Source: Candidatus Latescibacterota bacterium (lineage in GTDB: Bacteria; Latescibacterota; UBA2968; GCA-2709665). Taken from it: 64,000 nt of DNA. Made by a program: the position numbers and the translations under genes. Below the pieces are notes generated by a model that was not told the DNA's origin, did no database searches, and worked only from the letters and a program-made list of their open reading frames with translations. The DNA lies in NCBI GenBank assembly GCA_965205485.1, contig OZ242180.1, positions 2,080,001 to 2,144,000 on the forward strand, read 5' to 3'. This document shows positions 1 to 9,995 of the stretch, in pieces; within the stretch, counting starts at the first letter, position 1; each line of letters opens with the position of its first letter.

Positions 1-558
1 CCCGACAAGGTCTGCGCCCGCGTCCAGCGCAATACTCGCTTCCTCCCTGGTGTGTACTTCCACCAGGGCGTCCAGGTCCGACTCCCTGCAGACTGTGAGC
101 ATCTCCGGAAGTTCACGTTTCGAGAGCGCTGAGACAATCAGCAGAACCGCGGCCGCACCGATTGTCCTGGCTTCGTGGATCTGATACGGATCGATCACAA
201 AATCCTTGCGGAGCACCGGCAGTTGTACGGCTTCGCTTACGGCGCTCAGACTCGCGTCGGAGCCCTGGAAATACTTTTCGTCCGTAAGCACGGAAATTGC
301 CGCCGCGCCGTTCTTCTCGTAGGCCCGGCCGATTGCAACCGGATCGAAATCTTCCCTGATTACCCCTTTCGATGGAGATGCCTTTTTTATTTCCGCTATG
401 AGCGCGATATCCTCCGCGTCGGTCAGGCTTTTCGTCAGGGAGCCCGGCGCCCGCGTCTGGCCCGCCCTTTCCCACAAAACCCCGGGCGAGACCCGTTGTT
501 TTGCCTCGGCCACAACGCGCCGCTTGTATGCGATGATCTCATCCAGGATGGTAGCCAT
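1..558 (-). CDS. trpC: Indole-3-glycerol-phosphate synthase (3' end runs off window)
   Basis: Manual translation from ATG at 558: MATILDEIIAYK...IAEIKKASPSKG...ISVLTDEKYFQGS...LRKDFVIDPYQI; follows trpD. Confidence 0.95.
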   Translation of the reverse strand, partial: MATILDEIIAYKRRVVAEAKQRVSPGVLWERAGQTRAPGSLTKSLTDAEDIALIAEIKKASPSKGVIREDFDPVAIGRAYEKNGAAAISVLTDEKYFQGSDASLSAVSEAVQLPVLRKDFVIDPYQIHEARTIGAAAVLLIVSALSKRELPEMLTVCRESDLDALVEVHTREEASIALDAGADLVG

Positions 559-559
559 T

Positions 560-1573
560 TTATCCGTTCGAAACCAGTTTGAGTTCTTCCAGTTTATCCA
601 TTGCTCGCCCGGAATCCACGGCCTCTCTGGCCAGTTCCATAGCCGCTGGCAGATCATCCGCCGCGCCGCCCGCTGCAATCGCGGCTGCCGCGTTCAACAG
701 AACGATGTCAAGCCGCGGACCGGGCTCGCCGTGCAGCACCCTGCGCAGGATCGCCGCATTGGTCTCGGCGCTTCCTCCCGCCAGGTCGCCTGGCGACGCC
801 CTCGGGATGCCCAGCTCCTCGGGCGTGATTTCGTACGTGGAAACCGTCCCGTCGTTCAGCTCGCTCACCTGCGTCGGTCCGGTCGTGGTGATCTCATCAA
901 GTCCGTCCAGCCCGTGTACCACAAACGCACGTTCCGAATCCAGTGTTCGCAATACCTCCGCCAGCGTGTCGGTCAGAGACCGGCTGTATACCCCGATCAG
1001 GTGCCGGGTGGCGCCTGCCGGATTGGTCAGCGGCCCAAGGGCATTGAAGACCGTGCGCGCGCCAAGCTCGCGTCTGGGTCCGATCGCATACTTCATGGCG
1101 CCGTGCAAAGCCGGAGCAAACAGAAACCCGATGCCCGTCTCGTCCAGACACCGCCCCATCGTCTCCGGCGACGCTTCGATGTTCACCCCCAGTTCCTTCA
1201 GAACGTCGGCGCTTCCACAGAGGCTGGATGCGGCGCGGTTTCCGTGTTTGGCGACGCACAATCCGGCGCCGGCCACGACAAACGCCGCCGCCGTGGAGAT
1301 ATTGAACGTTCCGGAACCGTCTCCACCGGTACCGCATGTATCGACCACCGTCGCGTGCCGCGTGCCGACCCGCGAGGCCTTTTCCCTCATTACCTCGGCG
1401 GCGCCGGCGATCTCCTCCACTGTCTCGCCCTTGACCCGGAGAGCCACAAGGAAAGCGCCAATCTGCGCGTCCGTGGCCCCACCCGACATGATCTGGTTCA
1501 TCGCCCCGATCATCCGGTCGCGCGTCAGGTTCTCACCCTCAATCAGTTTCGCGATCGCATCCTTAATCGACAT
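560..1573 (-). CDS. trpD: Anthranilate phosphoribosyltransferase
   Basis: DTCGTGGDG, NISTAAAF, KHGNRAASS motifs; start moved to MSIKDAI. Confidence 0.96.
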   Translation of the reverse strand: MSIKDAIAKLIEGENLTRDRMIGAMNQIMSGGATDAQIGAFLVALRVKGETVEEIAGAAEVMREKASRVGTRHATVVDTCGTGGDGSGTFNISTAAAFVVAGAGLCVAKHGNRAASSLCGSADVLKELGVNIEASPETMGRCLDETGIGFLFAPALHGAMKYAIGPRRELGARTVFNALGPLTNPAGATRHLIGVYSRSLTDTLAEVLRTLDSERAFVVHGLDGLDEITTTGPTQVSELNDGTVSTYEITPEELGIPRASPGDLAGGSAETNAAILRRVLHGEPGPRLDIVLLNAAAAIAAGGAADDLPAAMELAREAVDSGRAMDKLEELKLVSNG

Positions 1574-1628
1574 AGCCGTCTCCCCATCATGCAAGCTGAG
1601 AATGGGACGGGTTTTCAATCCCTGGAGT

Positions 1629-2192
1629 TCAGCCTTCCAGAAAATTCCTCAACAACACTTTACCCTCGGCCGTCAATATGGACTCGGGATGAAACTGAAC
1701 GCCTTCAACCGGGTAATTCCTGTGCCGCAGACCCATGATTATACCATCGTCTGTCTGCGCGGACACTTCGAGGCAGTCCGGAAGGCTCCCCCTTTCGACC
1801 ATCAGCGAATGGTATCGCGTTGCGATGAAGGGATGGGACATATCACGGAAAATCGTACGTCCGTCGTGATGAATCTCGGACACCTTACCGTGAAGAATTG
1901 CCGGCGCCCTCACAACCTTGCCGCCAAAGGCCTGTCCGATGCACTGGTGCCCGAGACAGACACCCAGCATTGGAATCCGCCCGCTGAATCGCCGGATAAG
2001 ATCCACGGAGACACCCGCCTCGTTCGGTGTGCAGGGACCGGGCGAAATCACCACCTTCTCCGGCTGAGTTGCGTCGATCCGGTCAAGTTCGATCTGATCG
2101 TTCCGAAACACGTCCATCCGTGCGCCCAACTCGCCCAGATACTGGACCAGATTGTACGTGAACGAATCGTAATTGTCGATTACCAGGATCAT
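1629..2192 (-). CDS. trpG: Anthranilate synthase component II (glutamine amidotransferase)
   Basis: [27 protein letters not shown] motifs; lies between trpE and trpD. Confidence 0.93.
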   Translation of the reverse strand: MILVIDNYDSFTYNLVQYLGELGARMDVFRNDQIELDRIDATQPEKVVISPGPCTPNEAGVSVDLIRRFSGRIPMLGVCLGHQCIGQAFGGKVVRAPAILHGKVSEIHHDGRTIFRDMSHPFIATRYHSLMVERGSLPDCLEVSAQTDDGIIMGLRHRNYPVEGVQFHPESILTAEGKVLLRNFLEG

Positions 2193-2244
2193 GAGTCAAC
2201 CCGACAAAGTAGTTAAGAGTGGCAACGTACAATGCTGACGCTAA

Positions 2245-2343
2245 CAGTCCGTTGAGAAAGTCGCTCTGCAGGCGAGGCCGAGCAACGCAGTATTTCGACC
2301 GCAAGGGCCGGCCGTAGCCCGGTTGGGCTTTTTCAACGGGCTG
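2245..2343. mobile_element. MITE family A, internally deleted copy (99 bp)
   Basis: Terminal inverted repeats CAGTCCGTTGA...TCAACGGGCTG; flanks CTAA/CTAG; interior shared with copies at 14947, 36618 and 55359. Confidence 0.85.
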
Positions 2344-3834
2344 CTAGACCGCACCCTCCGCCAGTTCCACCGCCCTGAACAGCGCCTTCGCCTTGTTTAC
2401 GGTTTCCTGGTGCTCGTTTTCCGGTACGGAATCGAACACAATCCCACCGCCGGCCTGGACGTACGCTTTCCGTCCCTGCAGCACCATCGTACGTATGGCG
2501 ATGCACGTATCCATATTGCCCGAAAAATCTATATAACCCACGGCCCCCGAGTACGGCCCGCGGCGGGTCGGCTCCAGTTCGTCGATAATTTCCATCGCCC
2601 GAATCTTGGGCGCGCCGGAAACCGTACCTGCCGGATAACAGGCATACAGCGCATCCAGTGCATCCACGCCGTCCCTGAGGCGACCCCGAACGTTCGAGAC
2701 GATATGCATCACGTGAGAATAACGCTCAATTGCCATCTGTTCGGTCACACGTACGGTATCGTATCTGGATACCCGACCGACGTCGTTCCGGCCCAGGTCC
2801 AGCAGCATTATATGCTCCGCACGTTCCTTTTCGTCCGCCAGCAGGTCCGCCGCGAGGGTGGAATCCTCCTCCTCCGTAGCCCCTCTCCAGCGTGTGCCCG
2901 CAATGGGACGCACCTGCACGACGCCGTTCTCGACACGCACCAGCAGTTCCGGCGAGGCGCCTACGAGTTGCACGTCCATGAGGTCCAGATGAAACATGTA
3001 CGGCGACGGATTCACCGTGCGCAGCGCACGGTATATGTCCAGAGATCCCACGCTGATCTCGGTCTCGAAGCGCTGTGAGAGTACAACCTGGAAAATATCG
3101 CCCGCGACGATATATTCCTTGCAACGACGCACCTTGTCCAGAAAAACCGACCGTTCCGTGTTCGACCGGATTTCACTCGCCCGGTTGCCGGATGTTACCG
3201 CCGGGACGCCGTTGGCGGGAATCGGCCCCCGCAATGCCGTTTCCAGCGCATCGATTCGCGCTTCCGCCTCCCGGTAATTCTGCTCGATATCTCCCGAGGT
3301 ATGCACATTGGATATCAGATGGATCTTCTGCCTGACGTTGTCGAAGCCAAGTAGCGTATCGTAGAAGAGTAATACGACGTCCGGCAGACCGTGGTCGTCG
3401 CGCGTCCGGTCGGGGATGTTCTCAACCAGCCGGATCGCATCGTAGGCCACGTAACCCACGGCTCCGCCGGTAAACCGGGGCAGTCCCTCCAACTGCGCCG
3501 AACGGAATTTCCCCAGCAGACGCCTGAGCTCGGCGATGGGCGATCCCTCAAACGCCCTCACGCCGCCCCGCTTCAGATCCTCTATCTCAATCCGGGTTTT
3601 CCACGACCGAAAGGCAAGGAACGGCTCCACGCCCAGGAAGGAATAACGGCCGATCTTTTCGCCTCCTTCCACGCTTTCGAAAAGAAAGCTGTAGGGACTC
3701 CCGGACCGCACCTTCAAATAGGCGGAAACCGGGGTTTCGGTATCCCCCAGGATTTCGCGGGAGATTGGGACGATTCCCTGGCCCATGGCCAACGTTTTTG
3801 TCGTCTCCAAATCGGGTGTGTTCACGAATTTCAC
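2344..3834 (-). CDS. trpE: Anthranilate synthase component I (start approximate)
   Basis: LFESVEGGE..GRYSF, GDIFQVVLSQR, NPSPYMF, PIAGTR, GTVSGAPKIRAM motifs. Confidence 0.95.
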   Translation of the reverse strand: MKFVNTPDLETTKTLAMGQGIVPISREILGDTETPVSAYLKVRSGSPYSFLFESVEGGEKIGRYSFLGVEPFLAFRSWKTRIEIEDLKRGGVRAFEGSPIAELRRLLGKFRSAQLEGLPRFTGGAVGYVAYDAIRLVENIPDRTRDDHGLPDVVLLFYDTLLGFDNVRQKIHLISNVHTSGDIEQNYREAEARIDALETALRGPIPANGVPAVTSGNRASEIRSNTERSVFLDKVRRCKEYIVAGDIFQVVLSQRFETEISVGSLDIYRALRTVNPSPYMFHLDLMDVQLVGASPELLVRVENGVVQVRPIAGTRWRGATEEEDSTLAADLLADEKERAEHIMLLDLGRNDVGRVSRYDTVRVTEQMAIERYSHVMHIVSNVRGRLRDGVDALDALYACYPAGTVSGAPKIRAMEIIDELEPTRRGPYSGAVGYIDFSGNMDTCIAIRTMVLQGRKAYVQAGGGIVFDSVPENEHQETVNKAKALFRAVELAEGAV

Positions 3835-3894
3835 CAGGCAGTTGGCCGCTTGTGCCGCTATTTCGCGGTAATGGCGCCCTGAGTCGGCCGAATC

Positions 3895-3923
3895 AAAAAA
3901 AAACCGTGAGCAGATGCCCACGG
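3895..3923 (-). terminator. Attenuator terminator upstream of trpE
   Basis: Minus strand CCGTGGGC-ATCT-GCTCACGG followed by T9. Confidence 0.88.
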
Positions 3924-3948
3924 CCCGGTTTACGTCTTTTTCAGCAGT

Positions 3949-4056
3949 TTACTCGCGTGGGCAGACACAACGATCCGAGGCCTCCCGGTAATACCACCGG
4001 TAGGAGCGATAAAAATATCCACGCAAGGAAAACCCGTCTTGACCACGATCCGTCAC
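3949..4056 (-). CDS. Aromatic-rich leader peptide (35 aa) of the trp operon attenuator
   Basis: GGAGG 7 nt before GTG; MTDRGQDGFSLRGYFYRSYRWYYREASDRCVCPRE; 3' end overlaps the antiterminator segment. Confidence 0.75.
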   Translation of the reverse strand: MTDRGQDGFSLRGYFYRSYRWYYREASDRCVCPRE

Positions 4057-4135
4057 GATCAATCCTCCACAATCCAGTGTCCTGCCGGTTTCGAACCGGG
4101 CGACGGCAAGCAGCCGCTCCGACAGGAACGGTCTA

Positions 4136-4164
4136 ACGTTAAACAATCACATCGAGAGTGTCAA
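4136..4164 (-). promoter_or_regulatory. Putative sigma-70 promoter of the trp leader
   Basis: Minus strand TTGACA-17 nt-TAACGT. Confidence 0.5.
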
Positions 4165-4223
4165 GGAAATTCCATAAACCCGGTCGCGGATCCTCGTCGT
4201 CTTCGAGACATTTCGGTCGTCAT

Positions 4224-4955
4224 TCAACCTCTACCGACATACAGCTGTCCGACGGGCAACACGATCGCCTCCAGCATATTCACGTGGAGCGGCAGCGTCG
4301 CCATGGTTACCGCGGCCTGAGCCAATTCATCCACTGTCATCATCGGTTCGTCGTCCGTGGGCGCGTCCGATTCCTCGCGGCGTTCCACCAGCGTGTTGCC
4401 GGGGTGCAGGCAGGAGCAGACAATCCCGAAGTCCCGTCCGTCCAGCGCGGTAGCATGCGTAAGGCCGGTAATCCCGAATTTGCTGGTGCTGTAGGGAGCG
4501 GAATTCGGGCGGACGCGCTGTGCGGAAATGCTGCCGATGTTGATGATCCGGCCTCCGCCCTGTGCCTTCATAATGCGGAAAGCCGCCCGCGTGCAGAGAA
4601 AGGGTCCGCGCAGGTTCACTGCCATCGCCCAGTCCCATTCTGACAGGGAGAGTTCGTCGATTCGTCCCCCGTCAAAGGCCGCAGCGTTGTTCACCAGCAC
4701 ATCCACCCTCCCGAATCGATCCATCGTCTTCGCGAACACCGCCTGCACCTGCGATTCGTCGGTAACGTCTGCGGGGGCGGCGATCGCCTCCACGCCCTCC
4801 GCCCTTATTTCTTCGGCAGCCGATTCGAGTTTTCCGACCGTTCTGGCCGTCAACACCAGATTCGCGCCGTCTTTGGCCAGCGCGCGCGCAATTCCCTTCC
4901 CGATGCCCTGGTTCCCACCTGTTACCACCGCGACTTTCCCTTCGAGCTTCGACAT
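4224..4955 (-). CDS. SDR family NAD(P)-dependent oxidoreductase
   Basis: TGGNQGIG, VNNAA, YSTSK motifs; start at MSKLEGK. Confidence 0.92.
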   Translation of the reverse strand: MSKLEGKVAVVTGGNQGIGKGIARALAKDGANLVLTARTVGKLESAAEEIRAEGVEAIAAPADVTDESQVQAVFAKTMDRFGRVDVLVNNAAAFDGGRIDELSLSEWDWAMAVNLRGPFLCTRAAFRIMKAQGGGRIINIGSISAQRVRPNSAPYSTSKFGITGLTHATALDGRDFGIVCSCLHPGNTLVERREESDAPTDDEPMMTVDELAQAAVTMATLPLHVNMLEAIVLPVGQLYVGRG

Positions 4956-5260
4956 ATCTAAAGCCTCCCGGCAACCCGACCCGGGTAAATGAACGGAGAT
5001 TGGCCGCCTGTCCCGGGTTTGTGTTCCTGTGTTACATCGGCCCAAGAATGGAGAGGAATTTATGGGACGGAACACCATAATGTCAAGTTGGGTTTGCGCG
5101 GGGTTGATTCAGCCGGAGCATTGGGTATATTCTGTGTGTCCCGCGGTTCAGGCACTGACGGCGTCAGGAGGCGCCGGATCACGCCGGGCGGGGCAGGGCG
5201 GGCGAGGACTGATTCCACACGCCGCCGCCGATCGCGGTCTCATTCATTGAGGGTAAAGGG

Positions 5261-6265
5261 ATGGATACCCCGACACACGGCCTGGTTGGCCGTCTGGTTG
5301 CGCGGTCCGTGTGGCCGCGGAACCGGGGGTTTGTGAATCTGGTTACCGTTACCAGCGTATTGCCGGACCTGGATGTGTTCCTGCCCGGTGACGCACTCGA
5401 AAGCCTGCAGACGCACCGTGGGATGACACATTCGTTTTTCGGCGCCGCAATTGGCGCCGTCGCCGTGGCGGGGGTCGTCCGGCGATTCATACTCAGGGAC
5501 GTCCCGTTTACAAAGCTATATGCGGTCGCCCTTTCCGGGTTGTTGCTGCACATTCTGTTCGACCTGGTGACCTCGTACGGGACGATGGTCTTCATGCCGT
5601 TTTCCAGGTACCGGGCGTTGTTCGACGTGCTGTTCGTTATCGACCCGTACCTGGATCTGATTCTTATCAGCGGACTGGTTCTCGGCTGGAAGGTCTGGCG
5701 GCCGGATGGGTACCGCCTGGGTGTGGCGGCGCTTGTGGCGTACATGACGTTCAATGTCGCCGTTTCGGGTATAACCTACCTGTACCTGGATCGCTGGGCA
5801 TCGGAACGGGGATTGACGCCTGCAGCGGCGGTTCCTGTGCCTTTTTCACCTCTGCATCGGCGTGGAATCGCGGTCGGGGAGGAAGAATGGTACGAGGTGC
5901 CCGTGTCGTTGTATCAAGGGGTTGCAGACTCGCCCAATACCTACCGCTCGGCCCTTGCCGAACCCGGTCTTGAACGCCTGTGGGAACGGCGGGACGGTCG
6001 GATCTATCGCTGGTTCGCGCGTTTCCCCGCACTGGAGAAGTCCGGGGACGACGGGCGGGGGTTTCTGATTCACGATCTGCGGTTCGGGATTCGGTCCGAC
6101 GCGCTGGGATGGCTGGGTTCGCTGGCCTTGCAAACGGCGCTCGATCACAATCCTCAATTCCTGAACCGGCGGGCGTTTACCCTTCGTGTTCAACTTGACG
6201 AACAAAATCGATTGAAGGAAGTGATCTATTCAGGTGGGGCGGTTAATCGCAATCAAAGGGATTGA
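5261..6265 (+). CDS. Membrane-bound metal-dependent hydrolase (YdjM-like)
   Basis: MDxxTH, LPDLD, HRGMTHS, HILFD..TSYGT motifs; hydrophobic segments. Confidence 0.88.
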   Translation: MDTPTHGLVGRLVARSVWPRNRGFVNLVTVTSVLPDLDVFLPGDALESLQTHRGMTHSFFGAAIGAVAVAGVVRRFILRDVPFTKLYAVALSGLLLHILFDLVTSYGTMVFMPFSRYRALFDVLFVIDPYLDLILISGLVLGWKVWRPDGYRLGVAALVAYMTFNVAVSGITYLYLDRWASERGLTPAAAVPVPFSPLHRRGIAVGEEEWYEVPVSLYQGVADSPNTYRSALAEPGLERLWERRDGRIYRWFARFPALEKSGDDGRGFLIHDLRFGIRSDALGWLGSLALQTALDHNPQFLNRRAFTLRVQLDEQNRLKEVIYSGGAVNRNQRD

Positions 6266-6278
6266 GGTACGGAGTCGT

Positions 6279-7085
6279 TCAGGGTGATTCCGGCGAAGGC
6301 AGATTCTCGATTCGTGATACGGGCCGTGCTTCGAGCAGATTGTCCACAATTCGAAAACGGATGGGACGGGTCATCCAGACCGCGACGGGCTTGTCGTTCT
6401 GGAGAGCGGGCTTGAACACAAACTGGTAGACGGCCCCCAGTGCGGAAGCATGAAAGATCCGGGGGCCCTTCTGAACGGAGGCCTCTTTGACTCGCCCGTC
6501 CGTGCCGACCGCGAATTTGACGAACACAACCCCTTCCAGGCCTAAATCGTGGGCGTCCCTGGGATAGATGGGCAGGACCTCGTGCACCAGTACGGGTTCC
6601 TTCGACACGGCCCAGAAATCGACGGCATCCTCGTAGAGCGTCCGGTCCAAATCCCCAAGCGTGTCATCGATTTGAAGATTGGCAAGAAAGTCGATTTCGG
6701 ATGCCTCGTCTTCCACGGTGTCAAGGACGGCTACGCCATCCAGGTCGCCTGCGCCCAGGATTACCTCTTCGGTTTCAGGCAGAGTCGCCTGCCAGGTTTC
6801 GGGAATGTCTTCGAGCGAGATAATCACCGGCGTGGTGTAGGATGGATAGCTGCGAGATTCGAATCCTGGAAAGAGAATGCAGACTAAGGTGAGGAGTATT
6901 GAGGAGAGGACAACCGAAACGCCGAAATTCTTCGGATAGTCGCGTTTCAGGTCCGCTGCGGGGTATTTGAAGCGGACCACGGTGGGGAGGATCCAGGGCG
7001 GCGCAAAAGGGGCCGGATAATGGATACGTGCCCCTAGATGACCGATTCTCGACCGGCGCCTGGATATCGAGGACGCAGTCGCCAT
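6279..7085 (-). CDS. Energy transducer TonB family protein (true start probably downstream of 7085)
   Basis: One TM segment, acidic linker, C-terminal PIYP..A...GLEGVVFVKFAVGTDGRV...FKPALQNDKPV. Confidence 0.85.
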   Translation of the reverse strand: MATASSISRRRSRIGHLGARIHYPAPFAPPWILPTVVRFKYPAADLKRDYPKNFGVSVVLSSILLTLVCILFPGFESRSYPSYTTPVIISLEDIPETWQATLPETEEVILGAGDLDGVAVLDTVEDEASEIDFLANLQIDDTLGDLDRTLYEDAVDFWAVSKEPVLVHEVLPIYPRDAHDLGLEGVVFVKFAVGTDGRVKEASVQKGPRIFHASALGAVYQFVFKPALQNDKPVAVWMTRPIRFRIVDNLLEARPVSRIENLPSPESP

Positions 7086-7233
7086 ACCGATTTCTCAAGA
7101 GAATTAATCCCGGCATGTTCAAATGCGGAACACGGCCGGGATTTTCCCGTCGGCCGTGTTTCCACGGCCCGTCCCGCCTGGGACGTATTGCAACATTCGA
7201 TCCGATAAAATAACGCGTATTTCCAGACGTGCG

Positions 7234-8451
7234 TCAAGGTTTCTCCGGATAACGCCGCACCGTGTCCGGAGGGCGCCTGGCGGGCTCCTCACCGGTGAAG
7301 GGTTGCCCGATATAGGCGTCGGCTTCTTCGTGGACGCCCCAGACGTTTTCATATTTGCGCACGCGGCGGTAATGGCGGACTGCACGTTCGCGGTCGTTGC
7401 GCAGGTCGGCCAGTTTGCCCAGAATCAGATGCGCGGGGCCAAGCAGCCAGCTCTTCTTTGCTGCTTCCTCGGTATAGATTTCCAGACGTTTGATTGCCGC
7501 GTCCGCGTTGCCGGTGAGATAGAGCCCAAAGCCTTCGATAAAGTCCAGCTTGGTACGCGACCAGCGGTTCAGGTTCCAGTTTCGTTCTTCAGTCAGGATA
7601 CGGATCGATCGCGCGGAGTCGATCAGGGCCTGGCGAAAGTCCTTCCTGCCCCGGATAGTGAGCCCGAAGAGCGCATCCAGGTAACGGATGCGGTAATCCA
7701 GGCTGTGGGGATAGCGCTGGTGCAGGTGTGCAAAACGACGCCGCGCGTCGTCATAGTCCTTCTCGTAATAGAGGGCAATGTAGGCACGGCTGGAAACGGC
7801 GTGCCGCTGGGTAAGGATGCCCTCTCTGGCAACGCGCTCCAGGCGTTCGAGACCGCGTTTCCGGTCGCCGTCGGGAAGCGAAAGGAGCCGGCCGACCATC
7901 CTGAGGAAACGGGGCTGGCGGGCGGCCACGTACTCCGCCAGGCCAAGTCCGAAATGGGCGTCAGCGAGGTCTGGGTTCAATCGTATGGTTTCCTCGAGGA
8001 AGTCCCGGCATTTCAGGCCGTGGAGTACGCCGTCCAGGGGACTGCCGTGGATGAGCGCCAGGCCCGCGCGCAGGCCGTAGGCCTTTCCAAGAAGGAAGAC
8101 CATCTCCGCGTCGTTGTTGTCGTTCTTGAGAGCGCGTTCGGAAAGACTGATAGCCCGTCCGGTCAGGCGGTCGACAGAGTCGACAAAGCGTTCGCCGTCC
8201 GCGAGAAGCATGCTTTCGTTCCAGTAAGAAAGCGCCTTGCCCAGATAGCCCTCGGGTCTTTCAGGCTCAACGGAGATGAGTGAATCGAAAACGGCGTGGG
8301 AGCGGGCATAGCGTTCGTCGAGCATGTAGTCGATCCCCTGTCGGACGGCATGCTGCCTGGGGGTATGCGCGCGGGAAGCGTGGACGATGCCGCAGAGATT
8401 GAGAAATAGCATCGTCCATTTCAGAACTCTGAAGACCGGACGCGGAGACAT
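7234..8451 (-). CDS. Exported tetratricopeptide-repeat protein
   Basis: Signal-like N-terminus from MSPRPVF; TPR-like helices (LNPDLADAHFGLG, AHLILGKLADL). Confidence 0.75.
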   Translation of the reverse strand: MSPRPVFRVLKWTMLFLNLCGIVHASRAHTPRQHAVRQGIDYMLDERYARSHAVFDSLISVEPERPEGYLGKALSYWNESMLLADGERFVDSVDRLTGRAISLSERALKNDNNDAEMVFLLGKAYGLRAGLALIHGSPLDGVLHGLKCRDFLEETIRLNPDLADAHFGLGLAEYVAARQPRFLRMVGRLLSLPDGDRKRGLERLERVAREGILTQRHAVSSRAYIALYYEKDYDDARRRFAHLHQRYPHSLDYRIRYLDALFGLTIRGRKDFRQALIDSARSIRILTEERNWNLNRWSRTKLDFIEGFGLYLTGNADAAIKRLEIYTEEAAKKSWLLGPAHLILGKLADLRNDRERAVRHYRRVRKYENVWGVHEEADAYIGQPFTGEEPARRPPDTVRRYPEKP

Positions 8452-8455
8452 AGCG

Positions 8456-9808
8456 CTAATCGGCGGAGAGAATCGACGGGGTGAGGTTCCATTCGAGACG
8501 GGATTCGCACCAGGCTGAGATGGAGAGCAGCCGGCTCTCGGCGAAGGGGCGAGCGACGAGCTGGATGCCGGCGGGCAGTCCGTCGGACGAACAGACGGCC
8601 GGCAGGACGATCGTGGGAAGGCCGGCGTAGCTCCAGGGACTGTTGAAGGCGGGGTTGCCGGTGGATGCCAGTCCCGAAGGCGCCGGCGTTGGCGTTGCAG
8701 GGGTGAGGAGCAGGTCCACGCCTTCGAATGCAGCGAGGATCTCCGACTTGAACGCAATCTGGTGGCGTCGCGCCATGGCGTAGTCGACCGCGCCCGCGGC
8801 ACGCCCCCTCTCCATGATCTCCCGAAGGCCGGTGGGGAAGGCGTCCGGCTGGGCGTCATATCGTTCCCGGTGGACGCTTGCCGCGCCGACGGCGAGCAGC
8901 AGCGCGTGATCGTCGTGTACATCAGCAAAGGATCCGGGCATATGCACGTCGGTGAATTGAGCGCCCGCTGAGGCGAGGCGCTCAATGGCGTCGCCGGTTG
9001 CCTCACGCATGGTTGCGTCGGCTTTATCCGGAAAGTACGTGCGAATGACGCCGACGCGGGGGGGACGCGCCAGGGGTTCGATCCGGCAGGTATCGACAGG
9101 AACGTCGGCGCTTAGCGGGTCCAGCGGGTCTCGTCCCGCCAGGCACTGGAGTATGACGGCAGCATCGGCGACTGAACGTGTGAACGGACCCGGATGGTCC
9201 AGTTCGTAGCTGACGGGCAGGATCCCGCGCAGGCTGATCCTGCCGAATGTGGGCTTGAGTCCCACCAGGCCGCAATACGCGGCGGGCCTGCTGATGGATC
9301 CGCCTGTCTGGGACCCCAGGGCCGCGGGACACATCCTCGCCGCGACGGCGGCGGCCGAACCGCTGCTGGAACCACCGGGCGTATGGTCGGGGTTCCAGGG
9401 GTTCCTGGTTTCCGCCGGATCGAAACACGCAAACGGCGTGGTGACCGTTTTGCCGGGGATGACCGCGCCGGACCTCCGCAGCCGGGCGACCACCGCTGCA
9501 TCTTCATCCGGTACCCGGTTGTAGAGATGGCTTGCTCCAGCGGCCGTGGGCAGGCCCTTCACGTCGATGATGTCCTTTATCCCAACCGGGATTCCGTGCA
9601 GGGGGCCGCGGTATAATCCGCGGGCGAGTTCCTCCTGAAGACCCCGGGCGGAACGCTCGGCGCCTTCCCTGTCTACCTGGACCCAGGCGTGCAGGCTGCT
9701 GTCCAGGGCTTCGATCTGCGAAAAACAGGCGTGAAGAAGATCCACGGGAGAGAGACGGCCGGACCGGATCAGTTCCGCCGCCTGGGTTATGGTAAGCGTA
9801 TGCGGCAT
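8456..9808 (-). CDS. Amidase-signature family protein
   Basis: GPLHGIPVGIKD, PGGSSSGSAAAVAA, GSQTGGSI..PAAYCG..GLKPT. Confidence 0.93.
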   Translation of the reverse strand: MPHTLTITQAAELIRSGRLSPVDLLHACFSQIEALDSSLHAWVQVDREGAERSARGLQEELARGLYRGPLHGIPVGIKDIIDVKGLPTAAGASHLYNRVPDEDAAVVARLRRSGAVIPGKTVTTPFACFDPAETRNPWNPDHTPGGSSSGSAAAVAARMCPAALGSQTGGSISRPAAYCGLVGLKPTFGRISLRGILPVSYELDHPGPFTRSVADAAVILQCLAGRDPLDPLSADVPVDTCRIEPLARPPRVGVIRTYFPDKADATMREATGDAIERLASAGAQFTDVHMPGSFADVHDDHALLLAVGAASVHRERYDAQPDAFPTGLREIMERGRAAGAVDYAMARRHQIAFKSEILAAFEGVDLLLTPATPTPAPSGLASTGNPAFNSPWSYAGLPTIVLPAVCSSDGLPAGIQLVARPFAESRLLSISAWCESRLEWNLTPSILSAD

Positions 9809-9960
9809 GGGTCGACACCGTTGGAAAAAGCAAAACCGCGCGCGGCGAATGGCAGAAGATGCGGATTCCGATGGATCGTCTCACGTAAATCTATATGATG
9901 TATAACATCACCGATGGACCACAAGATAATGTAAAACAGTATATTAGAGCAAACTTCCCC

Positions 9961-9989
9961 TTGACTATAAAAAAACATTGGCTTATCTT
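9961..9989 (+). promoter_or_regulatory. Putative sigma-70 promoter facing a structured non-coding region
   Basis: TTGACT-17 nt-TATCTT in an AT-rich island. Confidence 0.5.
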
Positions 9990-9995
9990 TCAATT

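Noticed and set aside
398..2216. Long plus-strand ORFs (398-1738, 579-2216) and similar antisense ORFs throughout the window
   Set aside because: They are shadows of clear genes on the opposite strand in GC-rich DNA and carry no family motifs.
8452..9006. N-terminal extension of the 590-aa TPR ORF
   Set aside because: It overlaps the amidase in another frame; a signal-peptide-like start exists at 8451.
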